From contig DXJO01000028.1 in assembly GCA_019057475.1 (NCBI GenBank), forward strand, positions 34,271-98,270: a stretch of 64,000 bases of DNA, in the 5' to 3' direction. A program made the translations under genes and the position numbers. Positions 18,985 through 28,434 of the stretch are shown here, one piece after another; position 1 is the stretch's first letter; each line of letters begins with the position of its first letter. The notes beneath the pieces are model-generated. The model worked only from the letters and a program-made list of their open reading frames with translations, was not told the origin of the DNA and did not search any database. Source of the DNA: Candidatus Thorarchaeota archaeon. Its GTDB lineage: Archaea; Asgardarchaeota; Thorarchaeia; Thorarchaeales; Thorarchaeaceae.

Positions 18985-19028
18985 AGTTAGACTCGTCTAA
19001 CTCATGCAAAAGTTAGACTTGTCTAAGA
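18985..19028. promoter_or_regulatory. Two tandem palindromic DtxR-type operators upstream of feoA, next to a TATA box (19027-19034)
   Basis: AGTTAGAC-TC-GTCTAACT (18985-19002) and TTAGAC-TT-GTCTAA (19013-19026), 26 bp period; resemble TTAG..CTAA DtxR/MntR boxes. Confidence 0.8.
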
Positions 19029-19152
19029 TATAAATGTTTTCAAGGCGGCTGCATAAAGCGAACAGTCGCTGCCCATGGACTAGTTGGATTGATAAATCAC
19101 AAACCGAAATCATTACATATCGCGACCAGTCATCTGCGAAGAGGGAAATAGC

Positions 19153-20541
19153 ATGTCCTATCACAAAACTCCACTCAAGTATGGCACTGTTACAGTCGAT
19201 GAGTTCATTCCAACTGACCTAACTGACGTAACGGTCCTTCAGATTGCTGAATATCAGTCCGACTTCACGGATTTCAAGGCCAAGTTCAATGAGGTTCTGG
19301 CGAATCCGATAGGGTCCAAGCCTTTCGATGATTTGGTCAAGGGTCTTTACAAAGAAGGCAAGAAAATGACCCTCCTTATCGATGATAACACAAGACCGAA
19401 CATCCACACAAGAGCCCTTCTACCTCTTGTTACTGGGCGGCTGCTGAGTCTTGGTGTCCTGAAGGAAGACATCCAAATCCTCATCGCGAGTGGGTCCCAC
19501 ACTCCCCCCACCCCCGATAAGATTAGGGCACGAATTCTGAATGACGAACTGCTTGCTGAGTGGAATGACAACCTGCTAATCCACAATTGTGATGATGGAA
19601 ACCGTCATCTCGGCAAGAGCACTCGAGGAACGCCTATCCTCATCGATGAGCGGGTTCTAGAGTCAAGCCTCGTAATTCCATTGAGTGACTCGGAGTACCA
19701 CTATTTCGCAGGGCAAGCAGGAACTGTCAAGCTCTTTTGTCCTGGCGTCGCTGGTCGGGAGACCATTCGTGTGAACCATCCAAGGATGTTTGACTTGGAG
19801 CTTGGTTTCAACCGTGGTTGCAGCCTTGGAAACTGCGATGGGAACCCAGTCATCGAGGACATGATCGAGATTGCCACAATCGTGAAAGCAGATCTTCCAA
19901 TGTTTTGCATTGACACGATTATCCACCACGGCGAAATGGTGTACATGCAAGCAGGCGACCTAATTGAGTGCCACAAGGCGGCGGCTGCGCCTTTGAAGAA
20001 GCTGAGAGTGGTTGATGTTGATGAGCCTGGTGATATTGTGTTTGTGTCAGTGGGTGAGCTCGGATTGAACCTCTATCAGGCTGGCAAGGGTGTGCACGCT
20101 GCTTGGAATGCAGTACGTCATGATCGGAAGGGATGGATTATCTTGCTTGCTCCGTGTCAGGACGGGATCGGGAATCAATCATACGAAGATGCCATGGATG
20201 CAGCAAAGGACAAGAATGTGAAAGATGCTTTGAGGTTCGTTATCGAAACCTATGGTAGCGAGCAAACTTTCAAGATAGGAAACCAGAAACCTCCTGATCT
20301 ATTTCGTATCCTACTCGATGTGGCTGAGCGGAATATCAAAATCATCACAGAATTAGATCCCCAGAAAATGGGCGAGGTTTACAGGATGGAGGCATTGAAC
20401 CCGGATAGTCCGGATGAGTGTCCGAAAGTTCTACGAGAACTAGTGCAGAAGTTTCTTGACGAGAGCGGAGTTTCACAGCCAAAGATCTACGTGTTGGATG
20501 ATCCTGGCCTCTTGATTAAGGTGAAGAACCAGAAGCATTAG
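19153..20541 (+). CDS. larA: LarA-family (nickel-pincer) racemase/epimerase
   Basis: DDNTRP, ASGSH, HYFAG..G..K, NH, NLYQAGKG, APCQDGIG. Confidence 0.8.
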   Translation: MSYHKTPLKYGTVTVDEFIPTDLTDVTVLQIAEYQSDFTDFKAKFNEVLANPIGSKPFDDLVKGLYKEGKKMTLLIDDNTRPNIHTRALLPLVTGRLLSLGVLKEDIQILIASGSHTPPTPDKIRARILNDELLAEWNDNLLIHNCDDGNRHLGKSTRGTPILIDERVLESSLVIPLSDSEYHYFAGQAGTVKLFCPGVAGRETIRVNHPRMFDLELGFNRGCSLGNCDGNPVIEDMIEIATIVKADLPMFCIDTIIHHGEMVYMQAGDLIECHKAAAAPLKKLRVVDVDEPGDIVFVSVGELGLNLYQAGKGVHAAWNAVRHDRKGWIILLAPCQDGIGNQSYEDAMDAAKDKNVKDALRFVIETYGSEQTFKIGNQKPPDLFRILLDVAERNIKIITELDPQKMGEVYRMEALNPDSPDECPKVLRELVQKFLDESGVSQPKIYVLDDPGLLIKVKNQKH

Positions 20542-20552
20542 TAGGTTTTAGT

Positions 20553-20579
20553 TGGAGGACCTTGGAATCTGGTCCTCCA
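20553..20579. terminator. Stem-loop between convergent genes
   Basis: TGGAGGACC-N9-GGTCCTCCA right after the larA stop. Confidence 0.45.
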
Positions 20580-20694
20580 GTTCATGATTTTGATGACGTG
20601 GTTTGGTCTGGTTAACGATTCGTCAATAACTCTTGATGTATTTGAACTATGCATCTAGAAACGCAGATCTAGACTATACTTTTTTGGATAATGG

Positions 20695-22005
20695 CTAGCA
20701 ATAGCAATAATGTATGTGACTCTCGCCTTTCGGAAAGAGTGTATCAATAAATGCCTTGATATCGCCTGAGAACATGATGTCTGCATGCATTCGTTTTAGC
20801 TCTAGCAAGTCGCTCTCTCCAAAGATGAGTCTGACTAAATCGTGGTAACGAATTGAGAGGTCTCCCCAAGGTTTGACACCTAGATCTCTAACTGAATTCA
20901 ATTTACCATCTTCAAAGACCAGCGAGTAGCAGTTATGATAAGTATTGATTGTCAGCTCACGTGTAAGATTTGAAAACACTGTTCCCTTAAGATGACGTTC
21001 AAGAGCAGGGACGATAGCTCGAAGTATAAGCTCCATATCGGGAACGCGAATTTGGTATTTCCAAGCAGTATCTATTGTGCCACCCAAATCAATGCAGATT
21101 CGGCTCAAATTGTCTGCTGATGTGATTGGGAGAAAGATGAGAGGGATACCATCTTTGATTGCAATTTCTTTGAGATAATGTAGCACACGCATTACACCAT
21201 CATACGAGGTGATGCTACTCTCAATGACATCAATCGATGATGTACTCCAAACCAGAGACATTGGGGAATCTTCACCATGAGTTACATATCTGAAGTAACC
21301 GTCTATCTCACCCTCGCGTTCAACTATCTTGGTCTGAAAATCAAATGCTCTCCACTTCCTTAACTGCTCCTGAATTTTCCAGAGCTCTCTACTTCTGCCA
21401 CTTCGAACAAGTAAACGAGCGCCAAGCTCACCGAATAATCGTATTATCTCATCTAAGTCAGGAATGTCTGCATCTCTGATATTGAGGGTCATGAATGAAG
21501 GTGTATCATCTGCCATTATGCGGGGAATCTGATCAACTCTTAATGCCACATGTGAAAACTGAGGTAAGGGAAACATGAAATCATAGCCAAACTGACGAAA
21601 GAATTCAGGGATTCCCTGGAGTGAAGATATATGATATTCGCCACGATTCAATTCTCCCTGGAATTTGGAGTAGAGTAAACGAATGAACCCTCTCTTTCTA
21701 AATTGTTCCGATGTACCAACACAGTCTAACTCCAAATTGCGAAGAGGAACACCATCATACTCCCAGGTACTAGGAATAGCACTAAGCGATGATACTATTT
21801 CACCTGTATCTAGATTACGAATGTAAAAGTTGAGTTCGCGTTTGAAGTCAGGAAGTTGTTCTAATCGCCGTTCCAAGTAACTCGCAATCAGTTCGTTATG
21901 AATAGTAGTATTGAATTTGATGAATTCATCAACTTCATCATCGCTCTTAACGAATCCCAGTTCAAATCCTTCAGGTACGCTAAGGGAATTCGAGTCACTC
22001 TTCAA
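20695..22005 (-). CDS. GNAT (Eis-like) acetyltransferase
   Basis: VGTSEQFRKRGFIR acetyl-CoA motif, GIPEFFRQFGY, SCP2-like C-terminus. Confidence 0.75.
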   Translation of the reverse strand: MKSDSNSLSVPEGFELGFVKSDDEVDEFIKFNTTIHNELIASYLERRLEQLPDFKRELNFYIRNLDTGEIVSSLSAIPSTWEYDGVPLRNLELDCVGTSEQFRKRGFIRLLYSKFQGELNRGEYHISSLQGIPEFFRQFGYDFMFPLPQFSHVALRVDQIPRIMADDTPSFMTLNIRDADIPDLDEIIRLFGELGARLLVRSGRSRELWKIQEQLRKWRAFDFQTKIVEREGEIDGYFRYVTHGEDSPMSLVWSTSSIDVIESSITSYDGVMRVLHYLKEIAIKDGIPLIFLPITSADNLSRICIDLGGTIDTAWKYQIRVPDMELILRAIVPALERHLKGTVFSNLTRELTINTYHNCYSLVFEDGKLNSVRDLGVKPWGDLSIRYHDLVRLIFGESDLLELKRMHADIMFSGDIKAFIDTLFPKGESHIHYCYC

Positions 22006-22341
22006 ATCAATCCCTCAACCCAGTAGAACGCTCTTCATAGTGGGCGCACTTTGATTTCTATGTTTGTAATCGAGCAATGGATACTGGGTGCTGAGAGAAG
22101 TCAACTCTCATAGAAGTAGAAGTAGCCATTGTCTACTTGCCTTGAGATGACACCAAGAGAAGCATATATGGAGTATGCGTCTGAAGACTTCCATTGATTT
22201 GACCAGGCTTTCCTCCTTCTTGACTCTTCTCACTTCCGCGATTATGACAGAAGAAGTGCAACACAAAGGCTGGAAGACGTAGACCGACTCATAGCCACTC
22301 TGCGCGTCCACAGCCTTTGAATTGCTGATGCTCAAGTACGC

Positions 22342-24963
22342 CTATGGGGGCTCCCCCTTGTGTATCTTAATACTTCCACCGCCGAGTTCCGTTCCTCCAT
22401 CACCGTTATCGTAGATAATGAATTCCTCACCAGTTTCTACGTCCTCTGTCCAGATCTTAATCCTGAACCTATCGGGGTCGCCGATGAGATCCCCGTCCCA
22501 TGCTGTGACCATGAATTTATACGAACCTATTCCGTTGATTGTTCCGGTGCCCTTGAATATTGCCTTTGGTCCTGCAATTAACAACCAATCATAAGCATCC
22601 GAGTGGAAATTCAAATCACCTGCTTTGAACTGGAATTCAGTGGTTCCTGTGGGTACTTCAGCACCTTTCTTATACTTGGAAACGAAGCCAAAGCTTGCTT
22701 TGCCGCTGAGAGAAGGATCCGAAGGATCTGCTCCAGGAGGTGAATCTATCCAACCACCACCAGTGACAAAACCAGCTGAGGGGTCGTAGATGACGCAGAA
22801 TTGTGACCACGTCATTGTATCACTTTCATCAAAGGAATCTGTAACAGTGAGAGTGACTGTGTACACTCCAGATGTTCCGTATACATGGGAACCAGTAACT
22901 GTGCGTTCTGTTTGATCTACTGTACCCACTGAAGTTGTACCATCGCCCCAATCCCATATAGCGGAATGTATGTCATCAATGTCTGGATCGGTGAACGTTC
23001 CAGTCATTTCATAAGCGGTTTCTAATTCGACAGGTTCCAAAGGTCCACTAATTGATATGATCTCTGGGGGCAAGTTACAGGGGTCTCTGTAAACCCGCCT
23101 GTCCACCGTGATGGAGTTGCCGAGAGTATCTGTAACTACAATGGTTATGATATTCCATTTATTGACCACAAGTCCTTCCACAGTAGTGCTGAAGGAAACC
23201 TCATTAGGATCATCTGGATTTCCGGTAGATTCAACATCTGCTACTGTGCCGTTAACCGTTATGGATCCCACACCTGAAACATCTGTTGCTGTACCTGCCA
23301 CTACGACGGTAGAACCACAGATATGTTCAGACCCACCTGGTTGGGTTACATCAACTGTCGGAGCCTCAACATCCTGCGTAATAACGTCACCAGCTTCCAC
23401 GGTAACCGTGAATTCCCCGAACTTTGTATAAGATCCCTCAACATAGGCATAGGCTCCAATGATGTGCGTCCCCGGAAATACCGTTATGGTACACTTACCG
23501 AAAGTTGTAAGTTCATCACTCCCCCACCCTTGGACTGATGAAACTATCCTATCCGCCCCAATGCCCTCGTCTGATTTTGCGACCAAGTAAGGTGAGCGAA
23601 GTTGTCCCTCCAAATCCCCGAGTAATTCTACCCTATAATTGACGGTGATTGTAGCTGTACCATAAGAGAAGTCGACTCCACTAACTTCAGTTCCAGGCTC
23701 GACACTTATTTGAGGTGCACCGTAATTTATCAGGAACATGTCCGACCTAATTTCAGGGTCATCATAAGTGAAGTATAGATTTTGATAAGGATAACCAATG
23801 TGCCAAGTTCCTTCATATAAAATTAACCTATAATCACTGCCTGGAGAAGATGCCATCGCTTGACCTGCTGGGGGAGGCCAACCGTAAATCCTAGTCCCAA
23901 CCAAGTTTCCATGTGCTCCATAGAGGTTAACACTCCCGCTCACATAACCAGGATTGTAATTCCAGTTGATTTCTTTGCGTTCATCAATCGCAAGTGTTAC
24001 ACTTTTTCCATGGATTGCCAAAATGTTGTAACCATCGGATCCATGGCTAAAGTATACCCATCCCCCAACCTTCCAAGTTCCTGGAAGAAGGTTGAAATCA
24101 TGACCCTGACTAGCAGGATTGACGTTATGGGTTACACGGATTCTATTGCCATCGATCGTTGCAATTGCAACAAGATAGTAACTTGTGGGCGGGGACGCCT
24201 CAAATACAACATGTCCATGTAAGCTACTCGAGAAATCCAAGCTCCATTCAACAACTGTTGTTTCAGACACAATCACGTCTATATACTGGGGTGTTAGGGG
24301 GTACATTGTACCTTTGATCCAGACATCTCCACCAACCCTGACATACGTATCACCTGAGTCAGTGTAGTCTCCATTATTATTCGCGTCATTGCTGACCCAT
24401 GGTCTCATGGGAAAAGTTGATTCATCACCATTAAGGATGAAGCCAGTTTTGGCACGTATATCATGAAATGCAGCATTGAACTCCGACTCTGGGAGCTCGA
24501 AATCCGTTGTCACACGGAATACCATTCTTTGGATCTCGGCATTCGTAACTGTCACAATTGGTGCGATACGTCCGGGAACTAATGTGAAATTGAAATTATC
24601 TACAGTTTCACCAACCGCCACATACGTATCCTGTCTGCCAATCGATACAGTGCTCCAATACCAGTACGATGGGTAACCAGCTCTTATGTGGGCTTTACTG
24701 AATACCTTATACTCATAGTCCCCTTCAACGGTCACAAAGTAACTGCCGCCTGGTACATCATAATCATGACCATCAAAATCACCTGTCAGAGAGTATGCAT
24801 CTACAGTTCCGCCTGCCAGATATTCTTCTCCCATTAAACCAGTCACATCTATTGTGCCGGTAATATAGCCAGGATGCAATATGGCAGTTCCCGATACTGA
24901 AGTGACTGCAAATCCGAGTACCATTATTGCTAGCCAAACAGCTAGTGTTTTTTTACTTTTCAT
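22342..24963 (-). CDS. Secreted beta-rich surface protein with Ig-like and PKD domains
   Basis: Signal peptide; WDWGDGT...HVY..SGVYTVTLTVTD PKD; C-terminal GFVTGGGWI domain. Confidence 0.8.
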   Translation of the reverse strand: MKSKKTLAVWLAIMVLGFAVTSVSGTAILHPGYITGTIDVTGLMGEEYLAGGTVDAYSLTGDFDGHDYDVPGGSYFVTVEGDYEYKVFSKAHIRAGYPSYWYWSTVSIGRQDTYVAVGETVDNFNFTLVPGRIAPIVTVTNAEIQRMVFRVTTDFELPESEFNAAFHDIRAKTGFILNGDESTFPMRPWVSNDANNNGDYTDSGDTYVRVGGDVWIKGTMYPLTPQYIDVIVSETTVVEWSLDFSSSLHGHVVFEASPPTSYYLVAIATIDGNRIRVTHNVNPASQGHDFNLLPGTWKVGGWVYFSHGSDGYNILAIHGKSVTLAIDERKEINWNYNPGYVSGSVNLYGAHGNLVGTRIYGWPPPAGQAMASSPGSDYRLILYEGTWHIGYPYQNLYFTYDDPEIRSDMFLINYGAPQISVEPGTEVSGVDFSYGTATITVNYRVELLGDLEGQLRSPYLVAKSDEGIGADRIVSSVQGWGSDELTTFGKCTITVFPGTHIIGAYAYVEGSYTKFGEFTVTVEAGDVITQDVEAPTVDVTQPGGSEHICGSTVVVAGTATDVSGVGSITVNGTVADVESTGNPDDPNEVSFSTTVEGLVVNKWNIITIVVTDTLGNSITVDRRVYRDPCNLPPEIISISGPLEPVELETAYEMTGTFTDPDIDDIHSAIWDWGDGTTSVGTVDQTERTVTGSHVYGTSGVYTVTLTVTDSFDESDTMTWSQFCVIYDPSAGFVTGGGWIDSPPGADPSDPSLSGKASFGFVSKYKKGAEVPTGTTEFQFKAGDLNFHSDAYDWLLIAGPKAIFKGTGTINGIGSYKFMVTAWDGDLIGDPDRFRIKIWTEDVETGEEFIIYDNGDGGTELGGGSIKIHKGEPP

Positions 24964-25283
24964 CTCACTCTTCCTCCATTCCATTATTTTCAAGTATTAC
25001 AGACTATAGTAACGCTATTTTTTTTACAATAGTCAAAGTCAAAATATGAAATTCTATAAAAATCTTGTCATTTTTTTAATAAAGAATCGATTTTTGCATA
25101 TAGGTCGGATGTCGTGTCGGGAACATCCTCCGGAACTACTGCTGTGCTTTAAGTCATAGATACCATTGCACTGAACCAGCGGGCCCTCGCGGGGCCGTCT
25201 GACATGACCCGCATCTTTAGGCACATGTCTTCATCCATCGCTGGCTAGCAAGGTGTAATAGTTCGGCCATAGATTTGGTCTGG

Positions 25284-26717
25284 CTAACTCATCTTCCACG
25301 TGGAACCGTCCTTCGTGTCTGAAACAGTGATGCCAAGTTCTCCAAGCCGGTCACGAATCTTATCCGCGGCTGTGTAGTCCTTAGCCTTCCTGGCGTCCTC
25401 CCTGAGTTCGAGAAGGAGTTCAATAGTACTCTTGAGCAAGTCCCCCGACTCAGCTGATGCCGCAGTTTCTTCTAAAGTCAGATCAATACCAAGAATTCCC
25501 ACGAGCTCTATCAATGCAGCAAGAGATTCTCGAAGGACTGCCGCGCCACCTACGTCTTTCGTGTGAGTGTTAATCTCACGAACGAAGGTGAAAACCTCGG
25601 CGAGAGCACCAGGAGTGTTGAAGTCATCATCCATCTCCTTTTCGAACCCTTCTTTGAGCTTTTTGACAGCCTTCAAGAGCTTGGTATCCGCTTTGGATTC
25701 TCGACTTCCCTTCCTCTCGAGTATAGTTATCCTGCCATGAAGAGTATCAGTCGCGTTCTTGATTCGTTCCAGCGATTGGATCGCCTGTTTCAAGACCTTG
25801 TCACCATAGTCGAGTGGTTGACGGTATTGCCCGGAAACCAGGTACAGTCGCACTGCTTGTTTGTCGTAGTTGTCAAGGACCTCTCTTGCTGTGGAGAATC
25901 CGCCTTCCGACTTGGACATCTTTTCGGCATTCAACGTAAGGAACCCGTTGTGAAGCCAATACTTCACAGGCGTTTTGATGCCGTAGGCCGCCGCGGACTG
26001 AGCTATCTCGTTCTCATGGTGCGGGAATATCAGATCCTGGCCTCCTCCGTGAATGTCGAATGGCAGTCCTAGGTAGTGCTTTCCCATCACTGAGCATTCA
26101 GCATGCCATCCGGGCCGTCCTTTGCCCCATGGGCTATCCCAAGACGGTTCACCAGGCTTCTCAGCTTTCCATAAGGCGAAGTCCCGCGGGTCCTGCTTCT
26201 TCTCGTCAATCTCAACTCTGGCTCCTGCAGTCAGATCATCAGTCGATACACGTGATAGGACACCGTAGTCTTTCCAAGCACTTACATCGAAGTAGACATC
26301 ACCGTCGACAACGTATCCCTTACCGTTTTTCACAATGAGCTCTACCATCTCTACGATGTCATCCATGTGCTCAGTGGCCCGGGGGTTGATTGACGCTGGC
26401 TTCAGGTTTAGCTGGTCTGCAATGATCTTGTATTCTGCGATGAACTTGTTGGCTAGTTCCGCAACCGTGATACCTTCCTCTTTCGCACGGTTGATCATCT
26501 TGTCGTCGATATCAGTGAAATTGGTAACAAAGTACACACGGTATCCCTTGTACTCCAGATATCGCCGGATTGTATCGAACACTGCGAAAGACCTGGCGTT
26601 GCCTATGTGGGGGTAATCATAGACGGTCGGACCACAGACATACATTCTTACAGTGTTCTCTTCCTGCGGCCTGAATTCTTCCTTTGATCGGGACAGCGTA
26701 TTGTATACCTTTAGCAT
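25284..26717 (-). CDS. cysS: Cysteinyl-tRNA synthetase
   Basis: MYVCGPTVY, HIGN, GRPGWHAECS, DIHGGG.DL.FPHHENE, KMSKS. Confidence 0.97.
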   Translation of the reverse strand: MLKVYNTLSRSKEEFRPQEENTVRMYVCGPTVYDYPHIGNARSFAVFDTIRRYLEYKGYRVYFVTNFTDIDDKMINRAKEEGITVAELANKFIAEYKIIADQLNLKPASINPRATEHMDDIVEMVELIVKNGKGYVVDGDVYFDVSAWKDYGVLSRVSTDDLTAGARVEIDEKKQDPRDFALWKAEKPGEPSWDSPWGKGRPGWHAECSVMGKHYLGLPFDIHGGGQDLIFPHHENEIAQSAAAYGIKTPVKYWLHNGFLTLNAEKMSKSEGGFSTAREVLDNYDKQAVRLYLVSGQYRQPLDYGDKVLKQAIQSLERIKNATDTLHGRITILERKGSRESKADTKLLKAVKKLKEGFEKEMDDDFNTPGALAEVFTFVREINTHTKDVGGAAVLRESLAALIELVGILGIDLTLEETAASAESGDLLKSTIELLLELREDARKAKDYTAADKIRDRLGELGITVSDTKDGSTWKMS

Positions 26718-26800
26718 CGGTACTACCCTGCTGCCTCTGGCTCAGCCTGCATAAAAAGGCGTCTGCAATTCTTGCCTGCATCATGTAATCCAGCAGCTTG

Positions 26801-27088
26801 CTACTGCCACTGATATGTGCAGATATCCATGTCTTCGGGCAACGCTGCCCGTGAAGTGAAGATGAGGTGTTGGTTTGCATCATTCGCAAACCATGCATGA
26901 AGCCTGGTATCTGAGAGAACCTCCAACATCTTTCCTCTCTCGTTGAAATCAAGACCCATGACCTTCAGCAGGCTTGTTAGGCTTACCAGTCTGTCGACAT
27001 TCTTGTTGATGGCGGCAAGGATTCGAACCTTTGAGCCCGTTTCCATTTGAAGAATCTCTGTATCCCGAAGCACCGCCTTAATCCTCAT
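26801..27088 (-). CDS. Small hypothetical protein
   Basis: Protein-like composition, located between padR and cysS. Confidence 0.6.
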   Translation of the reverse strand: MRIKAVLRDTEILQMETGSKVRILAAINKNVDRLVSLTSLLKVMGLDFNERGKMLEVLSDTRLHAWFANDANQHLIFTSRAALPEDMDICTYQWQ

Positions 27089-27147
27089 AGTAATCGCCTA
27101 TTCTAGAGATGATGATGAAGAAATAAGAACTTCTTGGAGGTGGCCAT

Positions 27148-27516
27148 TCAACACTTCTTACAATCATCGATGCGCACAATGATGACCTTACATTCTTCAG
27201 CGATGTCGCCGAAAGCTTGGTAGAAGTATCTCGCGGCTTCATCGCGCCCTTGTTGGCCAACATCAGTTAGGCGATAGATTACCTGATTGCCTTCCTTGAC
27301 GCCCTCGATCAGTCCCCGTTCCTTCAAGTCCTTTAGCGCCGGATATATCGTACCTGGTGTGGGTTTGGAGCCGCGCCTCTTTGATATCTTTTCAGCAATT
27401 TGCTGTCCATTTAAGCGCTCCTTACCTAACTCCCAAAGTATCTGGAATGTAAGAAATCCCCTCATGTCACAACAGTCTGGCGGACAGCACCTACCTGACT
27501 TCTCGTCGCTTGACAT
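27148..27516 (-). CDS. PadR-family regulator with terminal Cys clusters
   Basis: MRGFL...IL..L, PTPGTIYPALK.L...GLI, Y.LT..G; N-terminal CCPPDCC, C-terminal CKKC; start at ATG 27516. Confidence 0.85.
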   Translation of the reverse strand: MSSDEKSGRCCPPDCCDMRGFLTFQILWELGKERLNGQQIAEKISKRRGSKPTPGTIYPALKDLKERGLIEGVKEGNQVIYRLTDVGQQGRDEAARYFYQAFGDIAEECKVIIVRIDDCKKC

Positions 27517-27522
27517 GTTGAG

Positions 27523-27585
27523 TATTGGACATCCAATATACTTAAATGTATATGTCTGATGCCCAATATTGGTCATCCAATATTG
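27523..27585. promoter_or_regulatory. Two palindromic operators between padR and arsM
   Basis: TATTGGA-CA-TCCAATA (27523-27538) and CAATATTGG-TCAT-CCAATATTG (27564-27585), flanking AT-rich TATA-like sequence. Confidence 0.8.
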
Positions 27586-27611
27586 ACTATCGAATGAATG
27601 CGGTGAAGGAA

Positions 27612-28409
27612 TTGAGCGATACGAAACGAATCAGCGATATGACAGACGATGAGATTAAGGACGAAGTGAAAAAGGCTTACTCAAAAGTTGCTCAGCGAAC
27701 CGGGACGAAATGCTGTGACCAGGAAGACAATCCCTCTAGGGAGTCCACATCCAGCTGCTGCAATCCCTCTCCAAGTGATATGAAACGACTTGTTCTGTCA
27801 TTTGGGTATTCTGTTGACGGGCTTCCTGCGTCAGCGACTGAGTCGTATGCAGGCTGCGGCAACCCTGTCGCTTTGGCAAGCTTACGAGAGGGTGAGGTTG
27901 TTCTGGACTTGGGGAGTGGAGCAGGCTTAGATGTGTTTGAAGCCGCCAAGAGGGTCGGCGAAACCGGTCGGGTTATTGGTGTTGACATGACACAGGAAAT
28001 GCTTCAGAAAGCTGAGGAGAATGCCGTTAAGCTTGGGGTGACGAATGTAGAATTCCGGAAGGGTGACATCGAAAACCTGCCTATCGAAGATGATTCGATT
28101 GACATCATCATCAGTAATTGTGTCATCAACCTCGCCCCGGACAAGTCCAAGGTGTTTCGCGAAGCATTCAGAGTACTCAAACCTGGCGGCCGCGTGATGA
28201 TATCGGATATTGTCCTGCATGGTCCGCTGCCTAAGGATATACGCGACGAGGTCATCACCTACACTGGCTGCCTTGGTGGGGCTATTCCGGAGGAGAAGTA
28301 TCTGCAATTGATGCGCGATGCAGGCTTTGAGAGAGTAGAAGTGGTTGAGAAGTTTGAAATCAATCTCGGTTCCAGTGCAAGGATTTCAGGGTACAAGCCC
28401 AAAGAGTGA
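27612..28409 (+). CDS. arsM: Arsenite S-adenosylmethionine methyltransferase
   Basis: [38 protein letters not shown]-terminal CC pairs; start TTG 27612 or ATG 27594. Confidence 0.9.
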   Translation: MSDTKRISDMTDDEIKDEVKKAYSKVAQRTGTKCCDQEDNPSRESTSSCCNPSPSDMKRLVLSFGYSVDGLPASATESYAGCGNPVALASLREGEVVLDLGSGAGLDVFEAAKRVGETGRVIGVDMTQEMLQKAEENAVKLGVTNVEFRKGDIENLPIEDDSIDIIISNCVINLAPDKSKVFREAFRVLKPGGRVMISDIVLHGPLPKDIRDEVITYTGCLGGAIPEEKYLQLMRDAGFERVEVVEKFEINLGSSARISGYKPKE

Positions 28410-28434
28410 CCCGCAAACCGCGTGAGTCCGGATA

